DNA of 64,000 nucleotides. Origin: Vicinamibacterales bacterium. GTDB lineage: Bacteria; Acidobacteriota; Vicinamibacteria; Vicinamibacterales; UBA2999. The position numbers were made by a program, and so were the translations under genes. The notes beneath the pieces are model-generated. The model made no database searches, was not told the origin of the DNA, and saw only the letters and a program-made list of their open reading frames with translations. The stretch covers positions 967-64,966 of the forward strand of contig DATFRP010000284.1 in the NCBI GenBank assembly GCA_035263125.1, read 5' to 3'. This document shows, one piece after another, positions 61,966 through 64,000 of this stretch (positions within the stretch are counted from its first letter, which is position 1; each line of letters begins with the position of its first letter).

Positions 61966-63798
61966 GTGACCATGACAACCGCTATTGACGACGAGCAGCG
62001 AGACTCCGGGCGCCTCGGCCGCGCCCTTGCGCTGGTGCTCGCCCGCTACGGAACGCAGATTCGTCGACGGCCGTGGCTGTCCGCAGCCGCCCTGCTGTTG
62101 CCAGCCGTCGGCGACGTGCTGACAGGCTATGCGCCGCCGCTCGTCGTGGCGCGGATCCTCGGCGCATTCGCGCGCAACGAAGCGCTCTCGCCGGCGACGC
62201 TCGTACCCTATGTCCTGACGTTTGCGAGTCTGTGGGTAGGAGGCCAGGTCGTCTGGCGTCTGGCAACCGCGGCCATCATCCGCATCGAGGTCCGAGCGAT
62301 CGAAGCGCTGTACATCGAGGCGATGGACGAACTGCTCGCCAAGGACCTGGCGTTCTTCCACGACAATTACGCTGGCTCGCTGACCAAGCGCGCGCTCGGA
62401 TATGCACGACGCTTCGAAAGCGTGTTCGACGTCCTCACCTTTCAGGTCGCGGCGACAGTGCTTCCCCTCGGCTTCGCGGGCGTCGTGTTGTGGCGCTACT
62501 CGCCGTGGCTCGTCGTCCTCCTGATCGGCATGCTCACGACAACGCTGATGATCGTTGTGCCGCTCATCCGCCGGCGGCGCCGACTCGTCGATGTGCGCGA
62601 AACCGCGTCGAATGTGCTGGCCGGACATGTCGCCGACTCGATCGCCAACGCGGAGGCCGTCCGTGCCTTCGCGCGCGAGGCCGAAGAAGCGCAGATTCAT
62701 GCGTTCAACGTCACGGACCTGGGCGCGAAGACGCAACGGTCATGGGACTACCAGAATCTGCGAATCGACATGGTGGCGGCGCCGATGCTCATCCTCACCA
62801 ACACGCTCGGCCTCATCGTGGCGCTGGTCACCAGCGCTGGCACGGGCGCGAGTCTCGAGGCGGTGTTCCTGACGTTCAGTTACTACGCCACCGCGACGCG
62901 TGTGATGTGGTCGTTCAACCAGATCTACCGCAACCTCGAGAGCTCGCTGACGGAGGCGGCGCAGTTCACCGAACTGCTGCTCGACCCGCCTGCCGTCGTC
63001 GATGCCCCCGTTGTCGACGCGTTCACACCAGCGGACTTCAGCGTCGAACTGCGACAGGTCAGCTTCCGCTACGCGCCCACGCAGCCGCTGCTCTTCGATC
63101 GCTTCTCCCTGCGGATCGGCGCGGGCGAGAAGGTCGGGCTCGTGGGCCGATCCGGCGGTGGCAAGACCACGTTGACGCGGCTGTTGATGCGATTCGCCGA
63201 TGTGGAGCGCGGCGAGATCCTCGTTGGTGGACAGGCCATCGATCGGGTACCGCAAGCTTCATTGCGCGACGCGATCGCCTACGTGCCACAGGACCCGTCG
63301 ATGTTCCACCGTAGCGTCGCCGACAACATCCGTGTCGGCCGGCCGAGTGCAACCGACGCCGACGTGCGGCGCGCCGCGCAGCTGGCACACGCGGCCGAGT
63401 TCATCGAGGCGCTCCCCGCCGGGTACGAGACGCTCGTTGGTGAGCGCGGCGTGAAACTGTCAGGCGGCCAGCGTCAGCGTGTGGCGATTGCACGAGCGAT
63501 CCTGAGGAACGCACCGATGCTGATCCTCGACGAAGCCACCAGCTCGCTCGACTCGGAGAGCGAGGCGCTCATTCAGGACGCGTTGTGGGAGCTCCTCTCC
63601 GGACGCACGGCTATCGTAATCGCGCATCGCCTATCGACGGTGCGGCGGATGGATCGACTCGTGGTGCTCGATCGGGGTGAGATCGTCGAAGAGGGCACGC
63701 ACGAGACGCTGGTGGCGAGCGACGGCATCTACGCGTCGCTCTGGGCGCACCAGTCAGGCGGATTCCTCGCGCTCGATCCCGAAGGGACGACAGTGTGA
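61966..63798 (+). CDS. ABC exporter, fused transmembrane + ATP-binding protein (MsbA/type I exporter-like)
   Basis: 610 aa with a six-TM N-terminal half. The nucleotide-binding half has [26 protein letters not shown] and [11 protein letters not shown]. Confidence 0.9.
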   Translation: MTMTTAIDDEQRDSGRLGRALALVLARYGTQIRRRPWLSAAALLLPAVGDVLTGYAPPLVVARILGAFARNEALSPATLVPYVLTFASLWVGGQVVWRLATAAIIRIEVRAIEALYIEAMDELLAKDLAFFHDNYAGSLTKRALGYARRFESVFDVLTFQVAATVLPLGFAGVVLWRYSPWLVVLLIGMLTTTLMIVVPLIRRRRRLVDVRETASNVLAGHVADSIANAEAVRAFAREAEEAQIHAFNVTDLGAKTQRSWDYQNLRIDMVAAPMLILTNTLGLIVALVTSAGTGASLEAVFLTFSYYATATRVMWSFNQIYRNLESSLTEAAQFTELLLDPPAVVDAPVVDAFTPADFSVELRQVSFRYAPTQPLLFDRFSLRIGAGEKVGLVGRSGGGKTTLTRLLMRFADVERGEILVGGQAIDRVPQASLRDAIAYVPQDPSMFHRSVADNIRVGRPSATDADVRRAAQLAHAAEFIEALPAGYETLVGERGVKLSGGQRQRVAIARAILRNAPMLILDEATSSLDSESEALIQDALWELLSGRTAIVIAHRLSTVRRMDRLVVLDRGEIVEEGTHETLVASDGIYASLWAHQSGGFLALDPEGTTV

Positions 63799-63842
63799 GG
63801 CTGCTTGGCCGGCAGCCGTTGGATCTTCTCGTGAGCGCGAGG

Positions 63843-64000
63843 TCAGAGTCTCAGGGAGGCGATCATCAGGGCGGCCCATCCCGCCAGGAACGCCAATCCA
63901 CCGAGCGGCGTCACCGCACCGAGCACGGTGACGCCGCTGAGCGCCAGCGCATAGAGGCTGCCCGAAAACAGCACAATGCCGGCGGTGAACAGCCACCCTG
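63843..64000 (-). CDS. DUF423 (YgdD-like) membrane protein, 5' part beyond window edge
   Basis: Reverse-strand translation gives [51 protein letters not shown]. This closely parallels the E. coli YgdD C-terminus ([13 protein letters not shown]...TPVGGVSFLAGWALML). It is absent from the track because it runs off the edge. Confidence 0.75.
   Translation of the reverse strand, partial: GWLFTAGIVLFSGSLYALALSGVTVLGAVTPLGGLAFLAGWAALMIASLRL

Noticed and set aside
63754-63996. The track ORF 63754-63996 (-), 80 aa.
   Set aside because: It is Arg-rich and unrecognisable. A different minus-strand frame (63843 to the window edge) encodes a clear DUF423/YgdD C-terminus.

Overview
This is a visibly GC-rich, densely packed chromosomal window that looks almost entirely like core genome. 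The PadR regulator paired with an ADOP-type duplicated FtsX permease, plus the overall gene content, points to an Acidobacteria-like organism; that placement is inference.

Gene content from left to right:
- A MurNAc/amino-sugar salvage cluster: serine hydrolase, GHL10, BadF-type kinase, nagB, murQ.
- xerD and a secreted PHP-domain protein.
- A fused LptF-LptG permease and a GH57 glucan enzyme.
- parB-parA, a BFN nuclease, miaB and recN.
- A full tolQ-tolR-tolA-like-tolB-pal-cpoB cluster, then ssb.
- One long minus-strand array: giant LptC/LptA-like protein, lptB, rpoN, hpf, hprK, rapZ, EIIA(Man), ptsH, ptsI and a cupin.
- recJ, accA, dnaE and guaA.
- A BamB-like lipoprotein, an aminotransferase and an unknown membrane protein.
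- A 1343-aa NtrY-like histidine kinase.
- pssA, psd, a DUF465 protein, rimI, tsaB and mutS.
- An orphan family-5 solute-binding protein and a YfgM-like TPR protein.
- padR and the ADOP permease, a membrane-anchored SGNH-like hypothetical protein, an ABC exporter, and a partial DUF423 gene.

I saw no rRNA, tRNA, CRISPR array, transposase or prophage. Many long ORFs in the track are antisense or out-of-frame artefacts of high GC.

I found no clear self-contained novel multi-gene system. The signals most worth follow-up are:
- A 16-bp GC-rich palindrome present twice around parAB, a candidate non-canonical parS.
- Single-polypeptide Lpt components: the LptF-LptG fusion and the 730-aa LptC plus multi-LptA protein.
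- A terminator/anti-terminator-like leader immediately upstream of the ABC exporter.
- Two AT-rich intergenic elements built from 7-nt repeats, one carrying six GANTC sites.
- A perfect 29-bp palindrome over the padR promoter.
- The uncharacterised SGNH-like protein and the giant sensor kinase.

All calls rest on reading the translations and sequence by eye. No database search was run.
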